Both the position numbers and the translations under genes were made by a program. DNA of 55,411 bases, counting the filler, from Dimargaris cristalligena (Eukaryota): assembly GCA_003614675.1 (NCBI GenBank). It is 2 parts of 2 records of this genome, joined end to end, with 100 filler letters (N's around TTAATTAATTAA, not from the genome) between each part and the next. Parts side by side here need not be neighbours in the genome. Positions count along the whole stretch, not along the records: positions 1 to 27,660 come from ML002514.1; 1 more part is not named here. One strand, written 5' to 3'. Shown here in pieces: positions 11,309-24,687 of the stretch. The notes under the pieces were generated by a model, which searched no databases, was not told where the DNA came from, and worked only from the letters and a program-made list of their open reading frames with translations. How positions within the stretch are numbered: the stretch's first letter is position 1; each line of letters starts with the position of its first letter.

Positions 11309-13830
11309 TAGAATTAGGGTGATTATTATAGTGGCTGGTAATGTGGAGTCCGAGCCCCCCAGCGATATTGTACAATAAATTCTGGCGAGATTTGAATTCA
11401 CTGAAAGTTTCCCGAATAGTGACTTTATATAGTTGGCCATCACGTCTCCAATCAAATATCGAGCAACAGAGATAATATGCTAATGATATATTTTCCAGAC
11501 CTACTAGTAGTAGTAAGGTAAATAATCTATATAATGGACCACCTCCCCACGGACGCACTATTTTGCATTTAAGATAGATTGGGCCTCTCAGATCACAGTC
11601 TTTATATATTATAGACCATAAATGCATGGTATATTCGAGATTTACTTGCTTGTTTTAGTGCAGTGGGTCTATCAAGGTATAGTATCCATTAAATATGATT
11701 ATAGATATCCCTCGAGAGGATCCTCGGGTAGGGGTTTGGGAATAGCGAATAGTTCGACAGATAGTGTAAGATCTCTTAAATAAATCCATAAGAATTGTCA
11801 CGAGGCTGTGTCATTTCAAAGTGATAGACGAATGGATTCGGGTTCTCAAAACTGACCATCTTAATAGGTTTACCACCCTATTTTTTTTTCGGCTTGGCAA
11901 GTTCAGTGAATATAAAGTAATCACTAGCTTAGGGATTTCATCAAACTAATTTAGAAAAGTACTTCTGTATGGACGGGCTTATGGCCATATTACCACCACC
12001 GTGTCTAAAATGAGTAACTCGGCATTTATCCATGGATTATCCTATGCTTTGAATAACTCTCAGTAGTAGCAAAGACGGATTGGGATATTCCACAACCACT
12101 TGGAAGTATATTTTTGCAAAAAGGGGATTCCATTATCTCTACAATGTGAAACCCGTTGGAAATACTAAAGACGTAATAAATAAACTACGTGGAAGGGAGT
12201 AAAGAAGCTAGATGGTGGTAGGTGCCTCGAGATGGTTAGATTTATAGAATAGTATTGACGGCTAGGGGAGTTATAAGTAGTTAAAATAAAATGCCGTAGT
12301 ATAATGGTTGACCAGTGCTTCAGCGCGGCCTATAGATATTATTTCCGGTGGAGATTATTACCCTCCATTCCTATTACCTTGATTTTTCTCCCGCGAACAC
12401 GATGGCAAGGATTCCCAGAATTGGGAGGAAAATTACATTTTTATAATAACTTTATCTTCGATAATTTCTCCATTCGGTGCTTATTTTTTATGGCTAGTTA
12501 ACACCTACATATTCCGGCCAGGTATAATATTCAACAGTGTCTACTAAGCGTTCCCCTGTCGAGCCAAGGGCTAGAGAGCCGGAAGAATTCAATAAAGTTC
12601 TTTTGAGTTAAGTGAAACCCAGCCTCGGCCGGGAGTTCGGCTCAAATGGCCGGTCCCATGGAGGATTGGGGCGGGAAAGTCATCCAATACGTCAATCCGG
12701 GTCACAATCAGAAAATAAAAAACAAAGTAGCTTAATGGTATATTGACATTATAGCTTTCAATAAGATTCGTGAAGCTGAGTTGATAATGGTCTTGCACTC
12801 AAAAAAACGGGGACTATTTTTTGACCATTTCAATATTGATTCCTTTACTCAAATTGAAATAAACAGATGCTTCAAGAATATGGTTAGCCAAATAAGGAAC
12901 CCCCTTACGTCGGCCAGCCTAAATTATCCGGTCCTGGTTTCTATAGCAGCCTACCAACCTAACTACCACTCATCAACCATGAGCCTACATACCAACGAGT
13001 ACTATATAATAGGTGAAAATATGGTTGATTCGCAGTCCCCCGCGTACAGTCACTGTTATGTGGCCTGCTTCTTATATGATTAGATAGCCATAATCCGCGA
13101 CTTCATAACTTGTTGTGGGCTTACCTGTCACTTTTTTCTGATATTTGAAGTTCTCTTATTAGTTTATTCACCCGCTAGGCTACCCTATAAAATGTGTTGA
13201 CGCAACTATTCCGCGGTGACTAGGCTATTCCAAAGCTGCAATCAAGCGTTTGGGCCATTTAGAGAAATACTGATTAATGGGCCGTATGTACACAGTTCAA
13301 CACAGTTGTAAATAATGTTAAATATGGTGTAGATTGAAAACCAATTATGACCTAAAATACTATTATGTACCACCCATCCCATTAAGTTTGTTCTTCGTTT
13401 TATAGCCGGACCAATCCTCCCCCTTCAGTGCTTACTTATATTTTATCGAAACAAATGGATATTGTATAACTGTGGATTTAATTATACCGTAAAATATTGT
13501 ATGTTTATTCATTGAATTGGGCATAGTCGGCATGTTTCAAGCAATCAATAAGCAAATGCCGCCAACTGGGTATGATGGTAGTCGTTAGCTAAGGTCACAA
13601 AAATAATTTATTGAACCATACTAGCTTATCTACGGGTGTTGGTGGGCCTTTACATTCGACAGTTAGAGTGTAACTCAGACATATGCCTCTGCGAAATACG
13701 GGGAGGGGGGTAGTCGAGTCGCCCTCGGCTCAATATAACTAGGATAGATTGACTCGATATTGAGAGGTGAAACTAAAAGTATTTAGACTGATAGATTTGG
13801 GGAAGGGGGTCAACACTAATGATTGCATAC

Positions 13831-14775
13831 TTAGGCTTTGTTTAACTGGTTGGGCTGGGCGGGAGGTAGGGTATTGGGGCGGGCGACCTGGTTCTTCGAA
13901 GCATTGTCCCGGATGCCATTAGGGCTCTGCTGATTAATTTGGCCCGGAGGAGAAGTGGCGGCCCGGGCAATCTGCTTCTTTGAAACCTTACCTTGCGTAT
14001 TGGTATTGCCTTGCTGATTAGGCAGAGTCGGCGGAGCAGTCATGGCGCGAGTGAACTGCTTCTTTGAACCGATGCCTTGGACATTGGTATTGCCCTGCCG
14101 ATCAGGTTTGACCAGGGGAGCAGTCATGGCGCGGGTGTGTTTATTCTTAACCCCGTTGTTGGGACCATTGGTATTGGCCTGCTGGTTAGGCTGGGCCGTA
14201 GGAAAAGTGCCGGAGCGGGTGTGGGGCTTAGGTGAACCATTACCTTGAACATCGGCATTGGCCTTCTGACTAAGCTGGACGGGAGGAGCAGTGCCGGGAC
14301 TGGTGGTCTGCTTCTTGAAACTGTTGCCTTGAACATTGGTATTGCCCTGCTGATTAAAATGGCCCGGAGGGGAAGTAGATGGGCGGGTTTGGGGCTTAGG
14401 CGAACCGTTACCCTGAACACCGGCATTGGCCTTCTGACTAAGCTGGACGGAAGGAGCAGTGCCGGGACTGGTGGTCTGCTTCTTGAAACTGCTGCCTTGA
14501 ACATTGGTATTGCCCTGCTGATTAAAATGACCTGGAGGAGAAGTAGCTGAGCGGGTGTGGGGCTTAGGCGAACCATTGCCTTGAACACTGGCCTTATTGT
14601 TGCCGGCAAAGTTGTTCTTCTGATTGAGCTGGCCCGCATTAGCAGGGTTGAAGGGGGCAGGGGGGTTGGACACTTGAGGGGTGGTATTTAAAGCACTAAC
14701 TGGGCTGATGGTCATAGTGGTGAAGGCGCAGAAGGCACCCAGAATCAAAATCTTCTTGGTCGAGATGAAAGCCAT
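13831..14775 (-). CDS. Secreted Q/N/P/T-rich tandem-repeat protein, 314 aa; candidate effector or cell-surface protein
   Basis: N-terminal signal peptide (MAFISTKKILILGAFCAFTTMTISPVSA), nine ~28-aa repeats, minus-strand TATAAATA at 14931-14938. Confidence 0.85.
   Translation of the reverse strand: MAFISTKKILILGAFCAFTTMTISPVSALNTTPQVSNPPAPFNPANAGQLNQKNNFAGNNKASVQGNGSPKPHTRSATSPPGHFNQQGNTNVQGSSFKKQTTSPGTAPSVQLSQKANAGVQGNGSPKPQTRPSTSPPGHFNQQGNTNVQGNSFKKQTTSPGTAPPVQLSQKANADVQGNGSPKPHTRSGTFPTAQPNQQANTNGPNNGVKNKHTRAMTAPLVKPDRQGNTNVQGIGSKKQFTRAMTAPPTLPNQQGNTNTQGKVSKKQIARAATSPPGQINQQSPNGIRDNASKNQVARPNTLPPAQPNQLNKA
13834..14583 (-). repeat. Intragenic tandem repeat: 84-bp (28-aa) unit with a near-identical 168-bp higher-order dimer
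   Basis: GGGGCTTAGG recurs at 14223, 14391 and 14559 (168-bp spacing); protein units QGNGSPKPHTRSATSPPGHFNQQGNTNV and QGSSFKKQTTSPGTAPSVQLSQKANAGV. Confidence 0.9.
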
Positions 14776-16727
14776 AGCGAGATGAATGTGGTGGAATGAG
14801 AAATTGAAGGAGGTAAATAGCCCGACTTTTTAGTAGGAATGTTAATGCGTGTAAGAGGTGATGAGAGTGGAAAATGGGGAGTGTAATGGTAATGATGATA
14901 ATGTTTTTTTAGAGAAGGCAGTCGCCTCTCTATTTATATTGAAATTAGCCGAGCCTTCGACATGATGCCATGGCAATGTTGGGCCATGATTTTGGGCTGC
15001 TTGGTGCATTCTTGGGCCAAGACCGGTTAATCATTAGACGGTCAAGGGAAGCTCCCGGTCTTCACAAGCATATAACTTGCCGATCTCAATGACTTAATGT
15101 CCGACGGGCCCACTTTCGACACTTTCGACACTCTAGCCCTTCTCCTCGTCCATTTCCCCCATCTATAGCTCATACTATGAACATGAAGCTTCTTTGTTCA
15201 GTTACTGCGCTCAGCGATAGACGTGCAGTTAGAAAGGGCATCCTTGCAAATGGACGGATGCTACTCCTATTCAGCCCACCATCCCCTCTAGCCTATACAC
15301 CGTTGCTATCCGGGGGTAGAATAGTGGGCCACCAGACCCCTTTGTCGATACTTAAATTACTTCGCCTTAGTGTATGGGCATAATTCCGATTCCCCATTTT
15401 ACAAAGATTATAGATGCGATGGTAAATCAGCTATTTTATGGTATCGGCACTCGATAATGCCTTGAGAGGATCATACAGCGATTTACGGCTTTCACGTAAA
15501 AGTAGACAATTGGGCTCACTGACGGAAGGGACTTTATATGAGAGGCTAAGTGGGCCATCTAAGATGTGGTACCAAGGCCAACTGGGCTTGGTGAACCCTG
15601 GCTATTTGAAAATACTGCTGCATCCCTTTAGGGCGCTGTGGTATATCGCAGATATCGCCAGCCCATACCTTGGCCAATATGTGTCTAATAATAGGTTCAT
15701 TTTTCTTTTCAATGTACATCAATTCATGAATGAAGGGGACAATCTAGTATAGACGATTCAGAGCACAGCAATGCTAATCCCAGACGGCCAGGCTCTGGTG
15801 AATGGCCCCAGCTAGTGTAGCAGGGCCTAATATGCGGGCGGCTAGCTATCCTATAGGCACCAGAGCTCTATTATTCATACCACCTCTTCAGCACATAAAA
15901 CTCTAAAGCCCGTATTGATATCCCAGTAAACTGTCCAAGGTAAAGGTTTCCATATGCCGAGCTAACTGCACTCTGGGAATTGTCAGAGGCTCTGCCAATA
16001 TGAATATTCAATTATTAGTGGATATAAGAGACTGAATACATGTATTATGTATAAAGGCCCGAAACCACTCCCACATCCCAGCGGTACTACCCTTAGTATC
16101 TCAGAAGGTACTCTGAATGTATACTCGGAAATAGTAGTACCAGCTCAAACTAGACTGCGCTAGGCAGTCCATTCAGACTCAGCTGCTAATATCTTGACTT
16201 AAAGTAAGTGTTTACGGCCTGTATAGTGGGAGGGGCGGAGGGAGGGCAACCGTTAGATATGGCCAATCACCTAGGGCCCGATTCAACATCTGACCCCACC
16301 GGCAAGAACCCACCACCGGACTCCTATACTTCCATTGCTTTCGTCGAGATGGCAGTAAATAGTCGCAGCCCTAGATAACCAGCACTAGACACACGGGGTA
16401 TAAAGCGGAGAAATAAGCGTGGTACACCGGTCTTCGTATGTCACCTTGCAATAAAAGGTGCATACTGAACGTTCCCTACTGGGTATTGCCATTTGCATAG
16501 CCCTACTTCACATGTGTATGGGGGCAGGGTAAGTTAAAAACTGTTAAATTAAAAAACCATCAATATTTTTGTATTTGAAGGTGTTTTATCTAATCCCCGG
16601 ACCATCTAGATAGTACTGTAGTAACAATACTATGGTCCAACCACTTATGTTTTTCAGTCGGATACCACCCTATCAATTACTGTTAAGGGTGAGTACATCC
16701 GAGTGTAAATAACTAAGGAATAGTAAT

Positions 16728-17264
16728 TTATTTAATAGTACTAGTAAATAGAGCACGAGATATATAGGGCCGGTGATTGCAATGTAACGTGAAGCAAATA
16801 GGAATATAATCATCTAGGGCTTCTATTAGGGAAGAGCGGCAGTTCGCTTTATACTGGGCAAATGATGAGGCCGACAGCATATGTGTGGGTATTTAGCCCG
16901 CGGGTCTGATTCCAAGAGGGGCCGCAATTGTAGTGCTGCTGAGGGACCGGATGGAACCTTCTAGTACTGGTTAGAGTGTTACTGCGGCAAGGTTGTCATC
17001 GGCTGGCACCCCAGTAGTGTCCCCAGGAGATTCAGTAGTTGTGGGTAGACTAGGTTTCTGTGGCGGCCTGGTGGAGCCCCCGGTCACATTGTACATCTGG
17101 TCGGTACTGGGCCCCCGTGGTGGAACAGCATCAACATTACCACTATTGCGGCGCTATATATCCCTTAATCTGCTTTGGGTCTACATGGGTAGGTGTCTGT
17201 TAGGTACGTCAGGAATCATCCCAACTAATATTTGCTCAATAGGAACGGGAGATAGGGGCTCGTA
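16728..17264 (-). pseudogene. Possible decayed ORF or repeat relic
   Basis: Minus-strand frame of 179 codons reads protein-like (YEPLSPVPIEQILVGMIPD...LIEALDDYIPICFTLHC) with 4 internal stops, all TAG or TAA; no homolog recognised. Confidence 0.3.
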
Positions 17265-17706
17265 AAAACAATAAATAGATACCAGTACACACCTACTATC
17301 TCAGATTTGTGTTTTTGGTTATGTACAAAAACAAGTAGTACAGCCAAAAACTAGGTTAGAGGTATTAGGTAGCGGCAATTAACTGTAGGCGGTATATATA
17401 ATCTTTATGCGAAATATAAATAAATAATCTACGTATATATGGTGCACCCCTTCAAACATCTAATCCGAACCTTACTACCCACCATTCATTAGAAATCCAT
17501 TTTGAATATTGCCCCAACATCCGTCAAATCAAAAGAAGCTATCATAATAAACGATTTTTGTTAATGTGCTCGTTGAGTATATAGACTGCTCCGGAATAAT
17601 CTAAAAAATAATTCTATACAGACCGAAACCTAGCTCTAGAATAAAGTGAATCCGATTAAACTGACCAATGTTGCTCCGGCAGTATATCCAAGAGCCCATA
17701 TTGGAT

Positions 17707-20700
17707 TTATAGTTTGGCCACCTGGATTTTAGTGGCCGCGACGGGCTGATTTGCCGAAAGTAGGGCCGTCTGATTCGGCATGCGAGTCACTTCATAGCGG
17801 TTAATCTGGTCCCAGTCCCCCGCCTCGTGCCACTTATGCAGGTTCATTATGGGTTTTAAGACCTGCTGGTAACGCCCCACGACAGGCGACATGTGGTTGG
17901 CTGGTTCGTGGAGGGCACCCTTCATGAGACGCTCGTACACATCGCCGCGGTAGTTGCCCAACGCGGATTTAAGCCGGTAATCCGGGATAGCCCAGGCATC
18001 GGCTAGTGCGACGGCATTGGGGCGGAGGTGGGTGAGGAGTTCCCGCTCGCGTTGGCGGATCCAACTGGCCTGGTGCGGGGCTAGCAGGCCCATTTCGAGA
18101 CAATCGGTTAGACCCCCATCGTTCACCAAGGTATGGAGGGCCAGGAGCTGCCACAGTTGGGCGAGCGGGCGGCGTATTTCGGGCGTCGCGGTGGTAGAGA
18201 CGTCCATGGTCTTGACAAAGTGGTACAGGATGGTGTACTGGCCGTGGGCCTGGCTGATGCGGCGCATGTCCACCAGGGACTGGTTCCAAGTTTGATGATC
18301 CTGGTCCATGGCGCGCTGCAGCTGGGCCACGAGAGCGGCCGAACGGTGGCCAAAGAGGGTCAAGAGAAGGTTGAGGTCGTCCAACTGGGCCGTTGAGGTG
18401 ATGACCTGCGGTGGCTCCGTGGCGCCCGCCACTCCTCTACAACTGACCCATTCGAAGTAGGCCTGCAAATAGGCCTGGGTGGAGTTGTTACCAGCCACTG
18501 CCAATGAGTCTTTATTGCCGCGGCCTTGCGAAGAAGGGGGACAGCGGGTTGCCGCCATTTGACGACGGACCGCCTTTAATAAATAACGCGCAACCTGTTG
18601 GGACAGAATAAAATTGTCCCCCTCCCAGGTGGTGTTGGGCAGAGTGTCGCAATAGAAATCCGTGAGGCCCGAAAAGGCGGAATACCCATGACCCCCCATG
18701 GCCCGACGGCAGACTTCAATACTATCCACCAGCATGTCCGTTGACAGGGCCTTTAGGCCCGAACTGGTTGCGTGGAGTTCGGCCAAGGTGGACACGTCGT
18801 TGGCGGCTAAGCGTTGGACAAAATCATTGTACTGGTCCCGCATGGCCAGGCCCGTGAAATGCAGCGCGTAGGCCTGGGCCAGGGCGGGTAGGAGGCGGTA
18901 CTGTACCATGGAGTAGTTGAGGACGGACGTTTCACCGGGTTCGCTTCCGGGGGACGGGGGGGATTCGGGTTTAGTGGTGGGTCCTTGGGTCTCGTTCTTG
19001 TCGGCTGCGAATTGACGCCGGGTCGCGCAGTAGCGAATAGCAATGGTGGCCGCCTTGGCTAGATTAATGGCGCTGTTTCGGACAATATACTGGCGCACGT
19101 AGACCATGGTTCCGTAGGAGAGCTTGTCATTCGGGGGCCGGACGTACTTGCCCTGAGGAGTGACGCGAGCGAAACGCTCCAGCATGTGGTCCCGGGGAAT
19201 GTGGTAGTGTTGGAAGCGCATAAAACCATTATCCACCGAGTTAAACCTGAATAGGGCACAGTTAAAAAACGCCAGTATTATATATATATATTTGGTAAAA
19301 TATGTAGAGTTAGGGAGCTGTTAGTGAATATAGCCATTGGTACCCCAACTAAGGGAAGAGTATGCGGGAATACAAGTACCATGGTTGGATAAGCCCTGGT
19401 ACACTTTATCGACTGTGGCCTATGTATAGGCGGATAATGCACTTGGAAGAGTGGATTACCCCTGGCCAACATATCTAATAAATACTACCGGAATTAAATG
19501 ACTTACCCGAATTTGGGACCGATATCACCCACCTGCACACCAGGGAAGGGCTGGTGGTCCTCCAGTGAACGAATGGGCACCACAAAAGGGTGCGGACCAA
19601 AATCGGTATCCCTCACCAGCAGACGGGCCATCACAATGGCGTGGGTGGCCGCCAGACCCAGTCCACCGGACCACCATTTAGTGGACGTCAGATTGGGCGA
19701 GTGCAGCTCAAACTCCTCCGTTTCGGGGAGGAAAGTGGCCGTAGTCTCCAGTCCCTGGACGTTGCTACCGTGGCCTAGTTCGGTTTGGGCGTAACAGCCG
19801 ATGATTTCGTAGTTCATGGCGGGTTCCAGGAACCTTTGCTGTTGCTCGGGGGTGCCCTGGGCCCGCAAGCAAGGGATAAACATTGCTTCATGGAGATTCA
19901 GCTAGGGGTGGTGGTACAGGGAGACCGGAGGGGGAGAGGGTAGTGCAATATAATATACATTGGGATGAATAAAGTTGAAAATTGACGGGGTAATCGGGTT
20001 CTGTAGTTTAGAAAGGTACTTTATACGGTTGGTGCCCCTTTGGACTTGCAGAACTGGAGGTCGTGTCGTAATAGGAAACGGCAGGCATAAAGGGGTTTTG
20101 GGGCTGTTACTGCGCTACCATGGGCCTAAAGGGTTGATTGTACTATTTGTATTTACCCATGCCCGCAGTCCTGGGAAAAATAAATATCCCTACCATTGAC
20201 GAAATATCCACCAGTTTAGAACAGGCCTCAAACTCGTCAAACGACCAGTTCAGATGTCTGCAGGTAAGGGGTACATAGTTCCGATTTAGCCATAGTATAC
20301 GGTGAGGGTGATCGAAACCAGTGAGCCGTGTGCCATTTTAATGCGTCTTTCACTCCCGCGTAATGCTTACTAGAGAAAACTTGTGAAGTGGGGGAGGTGG
20401 GGGGTGGAGGAGTACATCTACTGACCAAGAAACATCACCCCTTATTATACCCCGCTCCAGTTGGTTTACATGGAAAATAGGGGCAATCAAGTTGGCCGAC
20501 TAGCTGGCTATGGTGGAGATATTACCCCTTCCCCCATCGAGTTGCTAAATATGGTTGAGATGAGCGGGAATACCGGGTAGTATACTTACCTGCGAAGGGC
20601 CACCTGGCGGGCTCCCATGAGCAGGGCTTTGCGCAGGAGTTCTTTGCGACTCATATAAGGGACCTGGGACTGATCGAAAATGGGATCTGATTCCAGGATA

Positions 20701-20843
20701 CGTAAGAGACGAGCCTGAAGGGACAGATATTCGTCGCCCAAGAGGAACCGGGACATGACGCGTGGATCAAAGCTGGCCTGGGCCCGCTCTCTTTCCAGTG
20801 TCTGCATGGTGACCTCGGCGGCCGTTGGAAGTTGCTCGGGCAT
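17707..20843 (-). CDS. POX1: Peroxisomal acyl-CoA oxidase, 4 exons, about 750 aa
   Basis: Exons 20843-20590, 20257-20194, 19901-19507, 19246-17707, all GT-AG and phase-consistent. Motifs GCYAQTELGHGSNVQGLETTA, KWWSGGLG, GDIGPKFG, CRRAMGGHGY, catalytic TWEGDN; C-terminal PTS1 -AKL. Confidence 0.95.
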
Positions 20844-23800
20844 GACCGAAAAGTAGCTGTGTAGACAATCAATAAATGGGAGGGGAGAGGGGATAGTTAC
20901 TAATATTTAAATCATAAGATAAAAACAGTCCGTCTAATAGATTGGGTATGCACTAGATGGAAATATAACTGAGGGAAAGGGAGAATAGAGTCGGCGTAGG
21001 CACAAGAGTCCTTGGGAAGCTCTGTCCGGTTGAATCAATTGGGAAATACGCTAATACAGCAAAGTAACAGGAATATTTGCAATTGGTAACTATAACCAGG
21101 AGTGCTAGTGGCGCGGACAACACTCCCAGATATATGTTTCAGCCATGATCACAGGGCAGTAAATATGAGACAACATGACTGGATGGTATTTAATTTAGCA
21201 TGTGCCCCTTATCATCTTCCTCCGACTACTTCGGCACCTATCCTTTTATCTCCCTTCTCTCCTATAAGCCACGGTTCGGCGAGGAGGAAGCGGTTATGCA
21301 TTTGGATAGGGTAAAGAACAGTTCCAGGCAGTGCATAGGTAGAAAAGGGATGTGGAATCGGTGGAGGTGCATTACTATTTGTGCAGAGCCATGCACTCGT
21401 CCAATGACGTTAACACTGCATATTTCTCGGCCAAAAAACAAGGCCTGGCAAATGGGCAGTTGTTGTTTATTTGGTGTGCGTAACTCGCCGAAAGAGGCAT
21501 ATAGGTCATGCTTGGTCTGTGACTTTCTAACCCTAGCGGATTTTATGATGTCCCGCATAGGCCAATGGGAATACCATAGACGCGTATTACGAATAGTGGG
21601 TGGATTTGAGGAGGGGGATAAAGCGACCGGAACCTTGCTTCTCGGCAGTTCCAACTCTAACTCCAATCCCCAAGACATACATTGGCCCTTACACTTGTCC
21701 GATATCTTAGTCAACAACAAGTCTGGGAATGGATCCCATCATACTTGATTCAATAGTATGACAGTAAAGGGCAGATAATTTAAAGACACACATTTCAAGG
21801 AGCAACATGGTGTTTTTTAGTGCATTAAATGTATATATAAACGGAGATGACCGTCATAATATAATGTGCAGAAATGGACTACACACTCACCCTTTCCAGG
21901 TGACACAGGATTGGGAAGGGTGAGGTGGCGATGATTCACGCTCAACCCCACTTTTTATGAGTAGGTTGCGACTCAATTGTAGGATATTGAGAACGGGATG
22001 CATAGAGGAAATGACCTTTTAACTAGCAAGCCCTGATCAATCAACCGATATCCCCGCCGTAGTGAGCTGCCCCCATATTTTTTATGGTGCACCACCACAA
22101 AGAGACCATCCCCCCCTCTCCACGGGTAGGGCATAATTATACAGTACAGTGACTGCTATTTAGGGCAAACACTGTAATACCTTAGAGCAGAGCCAATAGG
22201 TGTGAGTTCACGGCCTACTAATCAAGAGGGGAAGGAAGGGGTTAAAAATAATCACCAACACATGTCATTCGCGATTTATTAAATTTATCAGCCCCCTCGT
22301 CCCTTCCATTGGAATGAATGAACTGAGCTGTCCAGCTATCCCATCGGCAGCCAAGACCAACCAATAAAATATGCTGTTTTATATACAGGAATGGGAGGGG
22401 AAGGGTCTGCCATTGCCTCCAGTACCTAGAGGTCGCAAATAGACCGCCATTTATTAGTAAACGGAGACCTCCTTCCTCCCCCATTGCATTCTTTAGTATG
22501 CCCGACTGGGCCTAGTGACTTTTCCCTTCTTTGAAAGATTGTATAGCTACCGGTGTGCGGCATCCCTTTCCCTGTTTTCAGCATCACTGGCTATTGTTGC
22601 TGTTACGTGGTAAGCAGATATTTTTGGCGGATAACATTCGTGTGTCCCGGAGGATCATGTGGGAAATTCAATCCAACGGGGCTGATTACCGATGAGAACT
22701 GTGCATCCGATGCCTAGTCAGTCACGTGATTATCCATCTCTATTGACCTAGGCCAATTGACTGAGGTAATAGGTGAGATAAGATTGGCGGGGGCAGCTAA
22801 CCCAGCCAAAAACCTGGCGTCCAAAGTCCAGTCGGAAGGACAAGGAGGGAGAGGAGGAGTAGGGGGGATGGAGGAGGCTATATACTTATTAAAAACAAGA
22901 TCAGATATCCTGAAATGAGATCAACAGTCGCTACTGGAATCCCAGTGGGTTAGTGGTTGTTACTTAACTTGTCAAGTAGTTGTGGGGCTCAAATAGGGAG
23001 ATGGCATAGTCCATTCGATTATAGAAAGGCAAGTGCCCTTTGAATAGCCATTTTCGGTGGATCTAATGCTGATTGTAAAATAAGCCATCTCAAGACCTGG
23101 CTGTGAGAAAACATTACACATATGGAAGGGCCCACAGTACAATGGAAATTAAAAATAGATGGGGCTCTAAACAAAATAATTAATAAACCCTAATCATGCC
23201 GTTCTCTTGCGCAAACAGGCTAGTCAAGTACAGGGATTATTAACTGGCCTGCAGGGCGAAGAAGGCAGTGGTGAATATTTCCGTTGCTGCCGCTTTTAGG
23301 ATGATGGCCAATAAGACAGGTTTGGTTTCCAGAGTGGCATAATGGCCATGGCTGCTCTATACCAGTGTCTGCCTAAATAACAGTTAGTCAATGGGGGAAG
23401 GGTACAATAGAGAGACAAAGGCTGGATAGTATAGCTGCTGGGGTAAAATTAATGTGGTTCCACGCCTGTCATTATCGTTACCGATTGGGTGTTGGGGATA
23501 AAGGGCTGCTACCCCAGCCTGGAAGACAACGGGCCATCCCGTTGAGATGAGGTTGGCGGACAAGTTAGGGTGAAATGACAGGTCTCTGATCGAGTAAGAG
23601 CGTGACGAGTACTGGAAATTTGTAAGTTGTAATGTTTTGGCCTTCCAGATACATAGTAGACGTTTCAACTTGCTTGGGACTTCCATTTCGATTAAGGGGC
23701 GTCAGGAAGGGACACAATGTAGGGCCGGCCTCCTCCGGTGGGAATCGTCCATGTCATTGCGGATACGACACGGTCTCCATCGCCCTGCCGGCCAACTCCA

Positions 23801-24687
23801 TTGTAAATACTAGAAGTCGTTGGCAACAAACGAATCTGCCGTCCCGCCAAACCAGCGTGCGTGAAACTCCGAAATATGCCTGCATTTGGCGAGTTTCAAA
23901 ACCTGACTCATGGGCATTAGGTGGACGTGGCTACGGAGGACGGGCCGTGCGATTTGGTTCTCTGTGTTGCCCACCGCATTGGTCCATGCTCACGTATGTA
24001 ATGGATCGACCATCTCAGCACGGTGGTTCTAGCGTATCCTGGTCGCTCCATCGAGCGAATATCACTAAAAAGACCCTCTGGGATTGGCCAGCAATCCGAT
24101 GGCCCAGTATGGCCCCCCAGATTCATGCATTAGCCATGACCTTAATATCTGAAGTAACCTGGAGTTAGGGAGACGGCTGCGGTCGCAGCCATGTACAGTC
24201 CACAGCGGTCGGGCCAAGTGGCAGTAATAGAGAAACGTGCAGGGCGTGAGAGAGATTAAGTTGCGGGCAGTTCGATGGTGGCCGCACCGGCTTAGCTTAT
24301 ACCTATACTTTCCTCTAACGAACTGACCCGAAATACAGCCAAGCGGGGGATTGGCAAAGGTTCAATTAACTAGGAAGGCCCCCATTTAGTCCTACGCTCA
24401 GTGTAATTAACGCATACAGTGAGTCGGTAGACAATGTGAGGGAGAGGGGCCAGGTGCGTAGGGCAGAGTGGTCACACGTCGTGGGGTGTTGCACCTGCCC
24501 CATTTATATATAAGGACCCTGTTCGCCCCTTTTCTTTCCATCATCATCACCACCACCCATTTCTCTCTCTCCCTCTCTCCTTCTCACACACACCTACTTC
24601 AACCCCCTCCTCCACCCTCCTCTCTCGCCCACCATACCTCCTCCCAGCGGTTCCCACCCCTTCGCCCACCCCCGCTCTACCTTCACA

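Noticed and set aside
13834-14583. Repeat array as a CRISPR or a Kex2-processed peptide precursor
   Set aside because: Repeats are in-frame coding units with no unique spacers; no KR or RR sites at unit boundaries, only KK in some units
21200-21748. 182-aa (+) and 152-aa (-) ORFs upstream of acyl-CoA oxidase
   Set aside because: No codon bias, domains or splice support; composition looks random
22145-22177. TA-CAGTG...CACTG-TA as a Tc1/mariner-like miniature element
   Set aside because: Only 5-bp inverted ends; expected by chance
23632-24168. 178-aa ORF upstream of the HSP20-like gene
   Set aside because: W/R/S-rich random-looking translation within a promoter region
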